NCBI GenBank assembly: GCA_903842575.1
Contig: CAIMMM010000006.1
Span: 11,456 to 75,455, forward strand
Origin: an uncultured Bacteroidota bacterium
GTDB lineage: Bacteria; Bacteroidota; Bacteroidia; Flavobacteriales; Flavobacteriaceae
Direction of reading: 5' to 3'
DNA length: 64,000 nucleotides
The position numbers were made by a program, and so were the translations under genes. Within the stretch, counting starts at the first letter, position 1; each line of letters begins with the position of its first letter. Positions 15,120 through 23,482 of the stretch are shown piece by piece. The notes under the pieces are model-generated. The model was not told the origin of the DNA. It searched no databases and worked only from the letters and a program-made list of their open reading frames with translations.

Positions 15120-16499
15120 TTAATTGTTGAATGTTGATTTTGGTTCCTCTACATAAGCTGCTCCAAGTACGTATTTAAGAATAGCATGTGCACCATCTTT
15201 CCCTGCTTGTACGGCATCAACTACTTCTTTACCTCCGTTTACACAATCGCCACCGGCAAAAATTCCTGTTTGATTGGTTGTTGCTTTGTCATTTATGATT
15301 AATTTCCCTTTATTGTTTTCAAAGGAATTGCTGTTTACCAAACTTTCAAAAGGCATTTGCCCAGCCGCCTTGATAACCATATCAACATCCAAAGTAAATG
15401 TTTCGCCAGAAACCAATGGGCTTCTTCTTCCGCTTGCATCAGGCTCCCCTAATTTCATTACATCGCAAACCAGTTGAGAAACTTTTCCGTTATCCCCTTT
15501 AATTTCTTTTGGCGCTGCCAACCAAATGATTTTACAACCATCCAATTTAGCAATATTCAATTCGTGTTCGGTGCATGGCATTTCATCTTGTGTTCTTCTG
15601 TAAACCAACGTCACATCGGAAGCGCCTAATCTTTTGGCTTGAGTAGCTGCATCGATAGCCGTCATTCCCATACCGATTACGGCTACTTTATCGCCAATAG
15701 CAATTTTGGAATAGTCGTTATTTCGCAATTCGTAGATGAATTTAATAGCATCTTCAACCCCTTCTAGGTGTTCGCCAGCAATGTCTAACTGACGTGCTAA
15801 TCCAACTCCAAATGCTAAATATACCGCATCATAATTACGTTGGAGTTCTTCAATACTAATATTTTTTCCTAATTCTTGGTTGTATTTAATATCAATTCCG
15901 CCAATAGAAGTGATATAATTCACCTCATCTTCACAGAATTCCGGCGTGACTTTATAGGCTGCAATTCCGTAAGTCATCAGTCCGCCACCTTTGCTTTCTT
16001 TTTCATAAATAGTTACATCTATTCCTTCTCGACTCAAGGTGTGTGCGCAGCTCAATCCAGATGGACCAGCACCAACAATCGCCACACGTTTCCCTGTTGC
16101 TGGTTTTCTTTCAAATAATTGCCATTTGTTTTTCATGGCGATTTCGGTGGAATAGCGTTGGAGTTTGGCAATGTGAATTGGTGTTTCGTGCATCATATTA
16201 TAGACACAAGCGCCTTCACATAATTTTTCTACGGGACACACTTTACTACATCCTGCGCCCATAATATTGGAAGAAAAAATTGTATGTGCCGAACCTTTTA
16301 AATTTTCTGTAGCGATTTGTTTGATGAATTTTGGAACGTTAATCGACGTTGGACATAACTTCATGCACGGCGGATCGTAGCAAAACAAACAGCGGTTCGC
16401 TTCTACCAAGGCTGCATCAGCTGTTTCAAAAGGAGGATGAATATCCGTGAAATTCTCTTGATATTCGGTTTGAGTTAATCGGTTACTCTTTATGCTCAT
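15120..16499 (-). CDS. preT: NAD-dependent dihydropyrimidine dehydrogenase subunit PreT (GltD-like)
   Basis: N-terminal Fe-S Cys motifs (CLFCYDPPC..CP) and a dinucleotide fold (VAIVGAGPSGLSCA). Confidence 0.85.
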   Translation of the reverse strand: MSIKSNRLTQTEYQENFTDIHPPFETADAALVEANRCLFCYDPPCMKLCPTSINVPKFIKQIATENLKGSAHTIFSSNIMGAGCSKVCPVEKLCEGACVYNMMHETPIHIAKLQRYSTEIAMKNKWQLFERKPATGKRVAIVGAGPSGLSCAHTLSREGIDVTIYEKESKGGGLMTYGIAAYKVTPEFCEDEVNYITSIGGIDIKYNQELGKNISIEELQRNYDAVYLAFGVGLARQLDIAGEHLEGVEDAIKFIYELRNNDYSKIAIGDKVAVIGMGMTAIDAATQAKRLGASDVTLVYRRTQDEMPCTEHELNIAKLDGCKIIWLAAPKEIKGDNGKVSQLVCDVMKLGEPDASGRRSPLVSGETFTLDVDMVIKAAGQMPFESLVNSNSFENNKGKLIINDKATTNQTGIFAGGDCVNGGKEVVDAVQAGKDGAHAILKYVLGAAYVEEPKSTFNN

Positions 16500-16521
16500 A
16501 TTTTGGTTGGTTTTATGGTTT

Positions 16522-16577
16522 TTGTCATTCTGAAGCAGGAAGAATCTCTGAGTTCTCTCCTTTGTTGGGATGACAAG
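16522..16577. repeat. intergenic inverted repeat of the GTCATTCTGA..GAAGAATCTC type (preT / CN-hydrolase spacer)
   Basis: TTGTCATTCTGAAGCAGGAAGAATCTC ... GGGATGACAAG. The arms pair over about 12 bp including G-U pairs. Confidence 0.5.
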
Positions 16578-16591
16578 TTTGTAAATATTTA

Positions 16592-17458
16592 TTACGGCGC
16601 AACAATTTCGCCATAAGTTTCTGGTCTTCTATCTCTGTAAAACTGCCATTTGCTTCTAATTTGTTCAATTAAATCCAAATCAAATTCGGCTATTAATAAC
16701 TCATCTTTATCTTCGGATGCGCAAGCAATTATTTCTCCTAAAGGATTGACAAAATAAGACGTTCCGTAAAAACGTCCCAAGTTCCATGGCTTTTCAATTC
16801 CCACACGGTTGATGCAACCCATAAAATAGCCATTAGCAACAGCATGTGCAGGTTGTTCAAGCTTCCATAAATTTTGTGATTGACCAACAGTTGTTGCTGA
16901 AGGATTGTATACTATTTCGGCGCCGTTCAATCCCAAACATCGAGCGCCATCTGGAAAGTGTCGGTCATAACAAATATAAACGCCTACTTTGGCATACTTC
17001 GTTTGAAAAACGGGATATCCTAAGTTCCCGGGCTTGAAGAAGAATTTCTCCCAAAATCCTCCGGTTTGTGGGATGTGGTTTTTGCGGTATTTACCCAAAT
17101 ACGTTCCGTCGGCATCAATGACAGCTGCGGTATTATATAAAACCCCTGCTTGATCTTTTTCATATACTGGTACAATGATGACCATGTCATATTTCTTGGC
17201 ATAAACTTGCATTCTCTCCGTCGTTGGGCCAGGCACGCTTTCTGCTGAAGCATACCAAGCGCTATCTTGTCCTGGGCAAAAGTAAGGCGTGTTAAAAATT
17301 TCCTGAAAACACAAGATTTGTACCCCTTGTCTTCCAGCTTCTTCAATATAGGGAATGTGCTTTTGCACCATCGCCTCCATGATTTCCGCAATCGTTCCTT
17401 CGCCTTCTGTTTTGGCTAAACTCAATTGAATTAGCCCTGATTTTACTATTCGCGCCAT
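16592..17458 (-). CDS. carbon-nitrogen hydrolase family, beta-ureidopropionase-like
   Basis: Nitrilase-superfamily Glu/Lys/Cys catalytic motifs (CFQEIF, KYRKNHIP, VYICYDRHFPD). Lies between preT and the dihydropyrimidinase gene. Confidence 0.75.
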   Translation of the reverse strand: MARIVKSGLIQLSLAKTEGEGTIAEIMEAMVQKHIPYIEEAGRQGVQILCFQEIFNTPYFCPGQDSAWYASAESVPGPTTERMQVYAKKYDMVIIVPVYEKDQAGVLYNTAAVIDADGTYLGKYRKNHIPQTGGFWEKFFFKPGNLGYPVFQTKYAKVGVYICYDRHFPDGARCLGLNGAEIVYNPSATTVGQSQNLWKLEQPAHAVANGYFMGCINRVGIEKPWNLGRFYGTSYFVNPLGEIIACASEDKDELLIAEFDLDLIEQIRSKWQFYRDRRPETYGEIVAP

Positions 17459-17475
17459 GTCTTTAATGGTGAATG

Positions 17476-17534
17476 GTGAATTGTAAATGGTGCATGAATT
17501 TTATCAAACTCAAAATTCATCACTCACAATTCAC
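17476..17534. repeat. intergenic nested hairpin (CN-hydrolase / dihydropyrimidinase spacer)
   Basis: GTGAATTGT..ATGAATTTT-n9-AAAATTCAT..ACAATTCAC, preceded by the tandem GGTGAATGGTGAAT. Confidence 0.5.
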
Positions 17535-17540
17535 AATTAA

Positions 17541-18923
17541 TTAAATTTTCCCTTCTACTTTATTTCGTTTCACAAATTGGCCGTAGCCTTTTGAAACTTT
17601 GCATTCATTATTATCGATTACAACTTGCCCTCGTAATAAAACGGTTTTCACTTTCCCTTTCACTTCCCATCCTTCATAACCACTGTAATCCACATTCATA
17701 TGGTGGGTTTTTGCAGAAAGCGTATGCGTTTCATTTGCATCAAAAAGCACAATATCGGCATCACTCCCTACAGCAATTGTTCCTTTTTTTGGAAACATAC
17801 CAAAGATTTTAGCGGCATTGGTACTTGCTACTTCTACATATTTATTCAAGGTAATTTTACCTTTGTTTACGCCTTCGCTAAAAAGCAATTCCATACGATT
17901 TTCAATAGCCGGGTGCCCATTTGGTATTTTAGAAAAATCATCAATTCCCATTAGTTTTTGTTCCCACATAAAAGGACAATGGTCAGTGGCTACTACGTTT
18001 ACCAACCCTTGATTCAATCCTGCCCATAGCGTGGCTTGGTCTTTCTTTTCGCGCAATGGTGGTGACATCACCCATTTGGCACCTTCAAAATTTTGCTCAT
18101 ACAAACTAGCATCCAATATCAAATATTGAATACAGGTCTCTACAAAAACATTTTGGTTTCTTTTAGTAGCATTTCGAACGGCATTCAAAGCTCCTTCGCA
18201 AGTTAGATGCACAATGTAGCCAGGACAACCGGTATAATTTGCCATGTCGGCAAATCGTCCGCTGGCTTCCGATTCGGTTACTTCGGGTTGTGATAAATAA
18301 TGATAAAGTGGTGCTAATTTCCCTTCGGATTTGTGTTTGGCAATTAAATAATCAATCATATCGCCATTGGTAGCGTGGACATTGATTAAACCACCGTGTT
18401 TTTTAACTTCTTGCATCAAGCCAATCATTTGTCGGTCGTCAATCATTAATGCTCCTTTGTAGGCCATAAAGGTTTTGAAAGAGGTGATGCCTTCAACTTC
18501 AATAAAATGTTTAATTTCCTTTTTGGTCTCGTCATTGAAATCGGTTACCGCCATGTGAAAACTATAATCGCCAACCGCATTATTGTCGCTTCTGCTCTTC
18601 CAATCTTGTAGTGCCGATTGTAAACTTTTACCTTGCGTTTGCAAAATGAAATCTATCACGGTTGTTGTTCCGCCATAAAGTGCAGCACGCGTTCCTGTTT
18701 CATAATTGTCGCTACTATAGGTTCCCATAAAAGGCATATCGAGATGCACATGCGGATCAATTCCGCCCGGCATTACTAATTTACCTGATGCATCAATTTC
18801 TGAATCGGCTTTTACGTTTAAGTTTTTACCAATGGCAGAAATTGTTTCGCCTTCTATAAAAATATCAGCCACATAATCATCGGTAGCTGTTATAATTCTT
18901 CCGTTTTTAATTAAGATGCTCAT
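17541..18923 (-). CDS. dihydropyrimidinase / D-hydantoinase
   Basis: GGIDPHVHLDMPFMGT metal-binding motif and cyclic-amidohydrolase length (460 aa). Confidence 0.85.
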   Translation of the reverse strand: MSILIKNGRIITATDDYVADIFIEGETISAIGKNLNVKADSEIDASGKLVMPGGIDPHVHLDMPFMGTYSSDNYETGTRAALYGGTTTVIDFILQTQGKSLQSALQDWKSRSDNNAVGDYSFHMAVTDFNDETKKEIKHFIEVEGITSFKTFMAYKGALMIDDRQMIGLMQEVKKHGGLINVHATNGDMIDYLIAKHKSEGKLAPLYHYLSQPEVTESEASGRFADMANYTGCPGYIVHLTCEGALNAVRNATKRNQNVFVETCIQYLILDASLYEQNFEGAKWVMSPPLREKKDQATLWAGLNQGLVNVVATDHCPFMWEQKLMGIDDFSKIPNGHPAIENRMELLFSEGVNKGKITLNKYVEVASTNAAKIFGMFPKKGTIAVGSDADIVLFDANETHTLSAKTHHMNVDYSGYEGWEVKGKVKTVLLRGQVVIDNNECKVSKGYGQFVKRNKVEGKI

Positions 18924-18927
18924 GATG

Positions 18928-20382
18928 TTATTCTTTATTTTTCATTAAAATCCAATATACTAAACCGCTAATACCGAAGCCCACGAACCAAGCGTAGTGA
19001 TACAAACCCGAAATCCATTCTGGAAAAACGGTCGTGTCAACTACTTTAATCGTCAGGAAAAAACCCGGTACATTAGGGAGAATTCCAAGGAGTAATGCCC
19101 AAATCGCTTTGGTGTTAAAGCCTTTGGAAAAACTGTAAATCCCTTTTTTGTTGTATAAATCATCTAGGACCAAAGTCTGTTTTCGGATGAAATAATAATC
19201 GGCTATCATAATCCCACCGACAGGTCCAAGTAAACTGGAATAACCAACTAGCCACGTGAAGATATAGCCTGTTGGATCGGCGATTAATTTCCATGGAAAA
19301 ATTAGAATTCCGATAATTCCTGTGATATATCCTCCTTTTCTAAAGTCGATTTTTGAGGGTGCTAAATGAGCAAAATCATTGGCTGGACTCACAATATTAG
19401 CCGCTATATTCGTAGCCAATGTTGAAATCGCAACAGCTATCATTGCAACGCTAACGAGTAACTTGCTATCAAATTTTCCTGCTAAAACAACGGGGTCCCA
19501 TATAGTGGTTCCAAAAACAATAGCTGTTGCCGAAGTCACTACAACTCCAACAAATGCAAATAGTGTCATGGAGGTGGGTAAGCCATAAATCTGCCCTTTA
19601 ATTTGCGCTTTTTGCGAAGTGGCATAACGTGTAAAATCGGGGATATTTAAGGATAAGGTTGCCCAAAATCCCACCATTCCAGTTAATGCAGGAAAGAAAA
19701 AATGGAAGAAGTCAACCGAGTTGGTGAATTTAGATTTTGTTTCTAATATAGGTCCCAAACCATGAGCAGCACTGATGGCCCAAAACAATAAAGCCAAAGC
19801 GGCAACTGGAAGAAAAATAGCTTTAAAAACTAATAATTTTCGAATGCTTTCAACCCCTAAATAAACCACATACATATTAAGCAACCAGAATAGGAAAAAA
19901 CAAATTGCCGGTCCAGTTTGTAATCCAAAAGAATCAGGGAAAACTTGGGGTAAGGTTTCAATACTTGGCATCCACAAACGCATCATTTGATAAAGGGCAA
20001 AACCACCAATCCAAGTTTGAATTCCGAACCAACCACAAGCAACAATAGCCCGAAGCATTGCCGGAATATTAGCTCCAACAGTTCCAAAACTGGCACGTGC
20101 AAATACTGGAAATGGAATTCCATATTTCGCTCCTGCATGACCATTTAAAATCATTGGAATTAATACAATTGTGTTTCCTAAGAATATGGTCAAAATGGCT
20201 TGCCACCAATTCATGCCTCCTTCAATTAGGGAACTCGATAGCATATAGGTCGGAATACATAGACTCATGCTAATCCAAAGAGCGGTATAATTCCAGGTAG
20301 TCCAGGTTCTTTTTTCAGAAGTAACCGGAGCCAAGTCTTCGCTATACAAAGAAGAGTTTGTATGATTTAGGTTTTCGGACAT
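18928..20382 (-). CDS. NCS1 family nucleobase:cation symporter (uracil/cytosine/allantoin permease type)
   Basis: 484 aa, 12 TM. N-terminal DLAPV..ERTW motif typical of NCS1 permeases. Confidence 0.8.
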   Translation of the reverse strand: MSENLNHTNSSLYSEDLAPVTSEKRTWTTWNYTALWISMSLCIPTYMLSSSLIEGGMNWWQAILTIFLGNTIVLIPMILNGHAGAKYGIPFPVFARASFGTVGANIPAMLRAIVACGWFGIQTWIGGFALYQMMRLWMPSIETLPQVFPDSFGLQTGPAICFFLFWLLNMYVVYLGVESIRKLLVFKAIFLPVAALALLFWAISAAHGLGPILETKSKFTNSVDFFHFFFPALTGMVGFWATLSLNIPDFTRYATSQKAQIKGQIYGLPTSMTLFAFVGVVVTSATAIVFGTTIWDPVVLAGKFDSKLLVSVAMIAVAISTLATNIAANIVSPANDFAHLAPSKIDFRKGGYITGIIGILIFPWKLIADPTGYIFTWLVGYSSLLGPVGGIMIADYYFIRKQTLVLDDLYNKKGIYSFSKGFNTKAIWALLLGILPNVPGFFLTIKVVDTTVFPEWISGLYHYAWFVGFGISGLVYWILMKNKE

Positions 20383-20432
20383 GTTTTTGATTTATTACGC
20401 TGCGCTCCATACAATTCGGCAACGCCTCGGGT

Positions 20433-21791
20433 TTATACTAAAGCTGTGTCAGAAATTTTTAAAGCTTCACTTATGATCGCTAAACCTTCATCGATTTGCA
20501 CTTCCGTGATGCATAAGGGTGGCGCCATAAAAATATAACCCCAACGCACGAAGGTGTATAATCCTAATTCACGAACCTTTGCTGCAATTTGATTGGTGAC
20601 TTTTAAATCATCTCCTGCAGCGTTATACGGCGCAATTAATTCGCCAGTTGTTTTATTTTTTAAGATGTCTAAACAACCTAGTAGTCCCGTGTTTCTGAAT
20701 GTTCCCATACTTGGATGTTGCCTTCTCATCGCTTCGATTCTGGATTCCAAATAGGCTCCCATTTTACGAGTGTTTTCAATCAGCCTGTCGCTTTCATAGA
20801 TGTTGATTACGGCTAAAGCTGCTGCTAAGGCAACGGGGTGTCCATTATAAGTCAAGCCAATCATCATCGGTGTATTTTCATATTTGGCTGCAATGGTGTC
20901 GGAAACCATTAAACAACCTAAAGGTAAATAGGAAGAAGTTAATCCTTTTGCCATACAAACCATATCGGGAACGATGTCGTGATTTTCAAATCCGAACCAT
21001 TTTCCAGTACGGCCAAATCCACTCATAACCTCATCGGCAACGAATAGAATTCCGTATTTTTCGCATAAGGCTTTTACCCCTTTTAAGTAACCTTTTGGAT
21101 AGTGCAAGCAACCCGAAGAACCGCTTTCTCCTTCAAAAATGAAGGCGGCAATATTGGTTTTCCCTTCCAAATGGATTACTCTTTCCACGTATTCTAAACT
21201 TAGATTCAACTTAGTGGTTTCATCTAAATCTTTCATGCCAAAGAAATAATATGGATCATCTAAATGCACTGCATTCGGCATTTGTTGGGAATCGTTAGCT
21301 AGTTTTCTTGGGTCGCCCCCAACGGTCATTCCGCCAATGGAACCGCCATGAAATGCTCTATATCTTCCAATGATTTTGTGTCTTCCAGTGTACAATCTTG
21401 CCAATTTAATTGCGTTATCAATAGACGAAGTTCCACATAAGGTATAAAACGCTTTGTTTAAATTACCTGGACATATTTCCGCCAGTTTTCGAGAAAGCTT
21501 AGCTCTGATTTCTGTCGTGCAACTTGGTGTTACAAAACTCACTTTTTGCATTTGGTCTACAACGGCGTCGGTAACTCTTTGGTCACCGTGACCAATATTT
21601 ACGGACATTAAGCCCGAAGAAAAGTCGATGATTCTATTACCATCATAGTCGTATAAATAAACCCCTTCGGCTCTTTCGATAGCAATTGGATTGACACTTG
21701 CTTGTGCCGACCAAGAGAATAAACTAAATTCTTTACTATCGCTTATAATTTGTTCTTTCGTCAATGTTTGTTCTTTCGTAATCATTTTCAA
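20433..21791 (-). CDS. class III (omega) aminotransferase, probable beta-alanine:pyruvate transaminase
   Basis: ADEVMSGFGRTGKWFG motif. The substrate assignment comes from operon context only. Confidence 0.7.
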   Translation of the reverse strand: MKMITKEQTLTKEQIISDSKEFSLFSWSAQASVNPIAIERAEGVYLYDYDGNRIIDFSSGLMSVNIGHGDQRVTDAVVDQMQKVSFVTPSCTTEIRAKLSRKLAEICPGNLNKAFYTLCGTSSIDNAIKLARLYTGRHKIIGRYRAFHGGSIGGMTVGGDPRKLANDSQQMPNAVHLDDPYYFFGMKDLDETTKLNLSLEYVERVIHLEGKTNIAAFIFEGESGSSGCLHYPKGYLKGVKALCEKYGILFVADEVMSGFGRTGKWFGFENHDIVPDMVCMAKGLTSSYLPLGCLMVSDTIAAKYENTPMMIGLTYNGHPVALAAALAVINIYESDRLIENTRKMGAYLESRIEAMRRQHPSMGTFRNTGLLGCLDILKNKTTGELIAPYNAAGDDLKVTNQIAAKVRELGLYTFVRWGYIFMAPPLCITEVQIDEGLAIISEALKISDTALV

Positions 21792-21801
21792 TTGTGTTTT
21801 A

Positions 21802-23259
21802 TTAGCTCATCCAGTTTACACCGGCTTCCGCATTCCATTTAATCGTACTCTTTTTCAATTTTGTCCAAAACTCAATGGAGCTTTTTCCGGTGATATCTCC
21901 AACTCCGAATTTACTATCATTCCATCCCCCAAAACTAAAAGGTTCTCTTGGAACAGGAACGCCAACGTTCACGCCTATCATTCCGGCACTTGATTTTTCA
22001 ATAATGTAACGTGCCATCCCTCCGTTTTGAGTAAAGACACTCGCTGCATTTCCATATGGATTGGCATTTTCAATAGCTAAAGCTTCGTCAACGGTGTTGG
22101 TTCTGATTATGGAAACTACAGGTCCGAAAATTTCTTCGGTTGCCACACTCATATCGGGTGTTACAAAGTCGATAACTGTTGGGCCAACATATGTGCCTTT
22201 TTCTTTACCTGCTACTTTGGTATTTCGACCATCCACTAGTATTTTTGCTCCGTCTTTTTCGGCTTGCGTAATATATCTTTCAATACGTTCTTGTGATTCT
22301 TTATTGATAACTGCACCCAAATTTACACCTGGAATAATCTTCCTTGCTTCATCGCAAATTTTAGCTACAATATGATCGATAGCTCCAACACCAACCATCG
22401 CTGATGCTGCCATACAACGTTGACCGGCACAACCCGACATGGATGCCGCAACATTTTGAGCGGTCATATCTGGAATAGCATCAGGTAAAACCAATAAGTG
22501 ATTTTTGGCACCTCCAAGCGACAAACATCTTTTGTAATTTGATGTAGCGCGTTGGTACACAATCTTCGCTACTTTGGTAGATCCTACAAACGAAACGGCT
22601 TCAATATTGGGATGATCGCAGATGGCGTTTACAATATCAACATCGCCATGAACCACGTTAAAAACACCATCCGGCAAACCTGCTTCTTTTAACAATTCGG
22701 CTAATCTTCCGCAACTTAAAGGCACTTTTTCGGAAGGTTTAATAATCATACAATTCCCTAATGCAATAGCGTTTGGGATTGTCCAATTGGGAACCATAGA
22801 AGGGAAGTTAAATGGAACGATAGAAGCTACTACTCCTAAAGGCACGTGCTCGGTTCTACATTCTACACCTCGACTTACTTCTAATAATTCTCCAGTAACC
22901 AATTGAGGCAAAGACGTAGCAAACTCGGTAAGCTCAATACATTTCTCAATTTCGGCAACGGATTCACCATATGTTTTCCCGTTTTCTTCACTGCACAATT
23001 CCGATAGTTCTTTTAAATGTTTTTCTAATAAAGTCTTATATCTAAAAAAAACTTGAACTCTTTCTTTAATAGGTGTTTTACTCCAGGCTGGGAAAGCCGC
23101 TTGAGCCGCTTTTACGGCATTATCTAAATCTTTAGCGCTAGATAATGGAACCGTTGAAAGAAGATTACCATCTAATGGCGATATTACATCCATTATTTTT
23201 GTGGTAGTTGCGTTGACAAATTTTCCGTTTATGTAGTTTTGAATTGCTGGGTATTTCAT
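21802..23259 (-). CDS. mmsA: CoA-acylating (methyl)malonate-semialdehyde dehydrogenase
   Basis: Aldehyde dehydrogenase fold with catalytic Cys (GCAGQRCMA). MmsA-like N-terminus (INGKFV..FPAWSKTPIKERVQVFFRYK). Confidence 0.8.
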   Translation of the reverse strand: MKYPAIQNYINGKFVNATTTKIMDVISPLDGNLLSTVPLSSAKDLDNAVKAAQAAFPAWSKTPIKERVQVFFRYKTLLEKHLKELSELCSEENGKTYGESVAEIEKCIELTEFATSLPQLVTGELLEVSRGVECRTEHVPLGVVASIVPFNFPSMVPNWTIPNAIALGNCMIIKPSEKVPLSCGRLAELLKEAGLPDGVFNVVHGDVDIVNAICDHPNIEAVSFVGSTKVAKIVYQRATSNYKRCLSLGGAKNHLLVLPDAIPDMTAQNVAASMSGCAGQRCMAASAMVGVGAIDHIVAKICDEARKIIPGVNLGAVINKESQERIERYITQAEKDGAKILVDGRNTKVAGKEKGTYVGPTVIDFVTPDMSVATEEIFGPVVSIIRTNTVDEALAIENANPYGNAASVFTQNGGMARYIIEKSSAGMIGVNVGVPVPREPFSFGGWNDSKFGVGDITGKSSIEFWTKLKKSTIKWNAEAGVNWMS

Positions 23260-23401
23260 TTATTTCTGGTTTATTTTATATAATATTTCAATAAAAATAG
23301 TAACTAATTATTAATATACAAGTTTTGCTTGTGAAAAATCAATAATTGATAAAGTTTTTAGGTTTTTACTTCCTTTAAAAAAGGCTTTCAGTCCTTAATT
23401 T

Positions 23402-23437
23402 GAAAACAAAACCTCCAACACTAATGTTAGAGGTTTT
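23402..23437 (-). terminator. rho-independent terminator after the M13 peptidase gene
   Basis: Minus strand reads AAAAACCTCTAACATTAGTGTTGGAGGTTTTGTTTTC, a hairpin plus a T-rich tail. Confidence 0.6.
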
Positions 23438-23482
23438 TCAATATTTATTATAAATGTTTTTGTGTTTTAAACAATCTCTAAA

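Noticed and set aside
12482-23259. Higher GC content of the pyrimidine operon (spot counts about 45-48% versus about 28-35% in neighbouring membrane-protein genes) as evidence of horizontal transfer.
   Set aside because: Other conserved soluble-enzyme genes in the window (for example mfd and metG) also sample near 40%. I saw no flanking tRNA, integrase or direct repeats. The difference is more simply explained by protein type and amino-acid composition. A proper sliding-window GC and codon-usage analysis would be needed.
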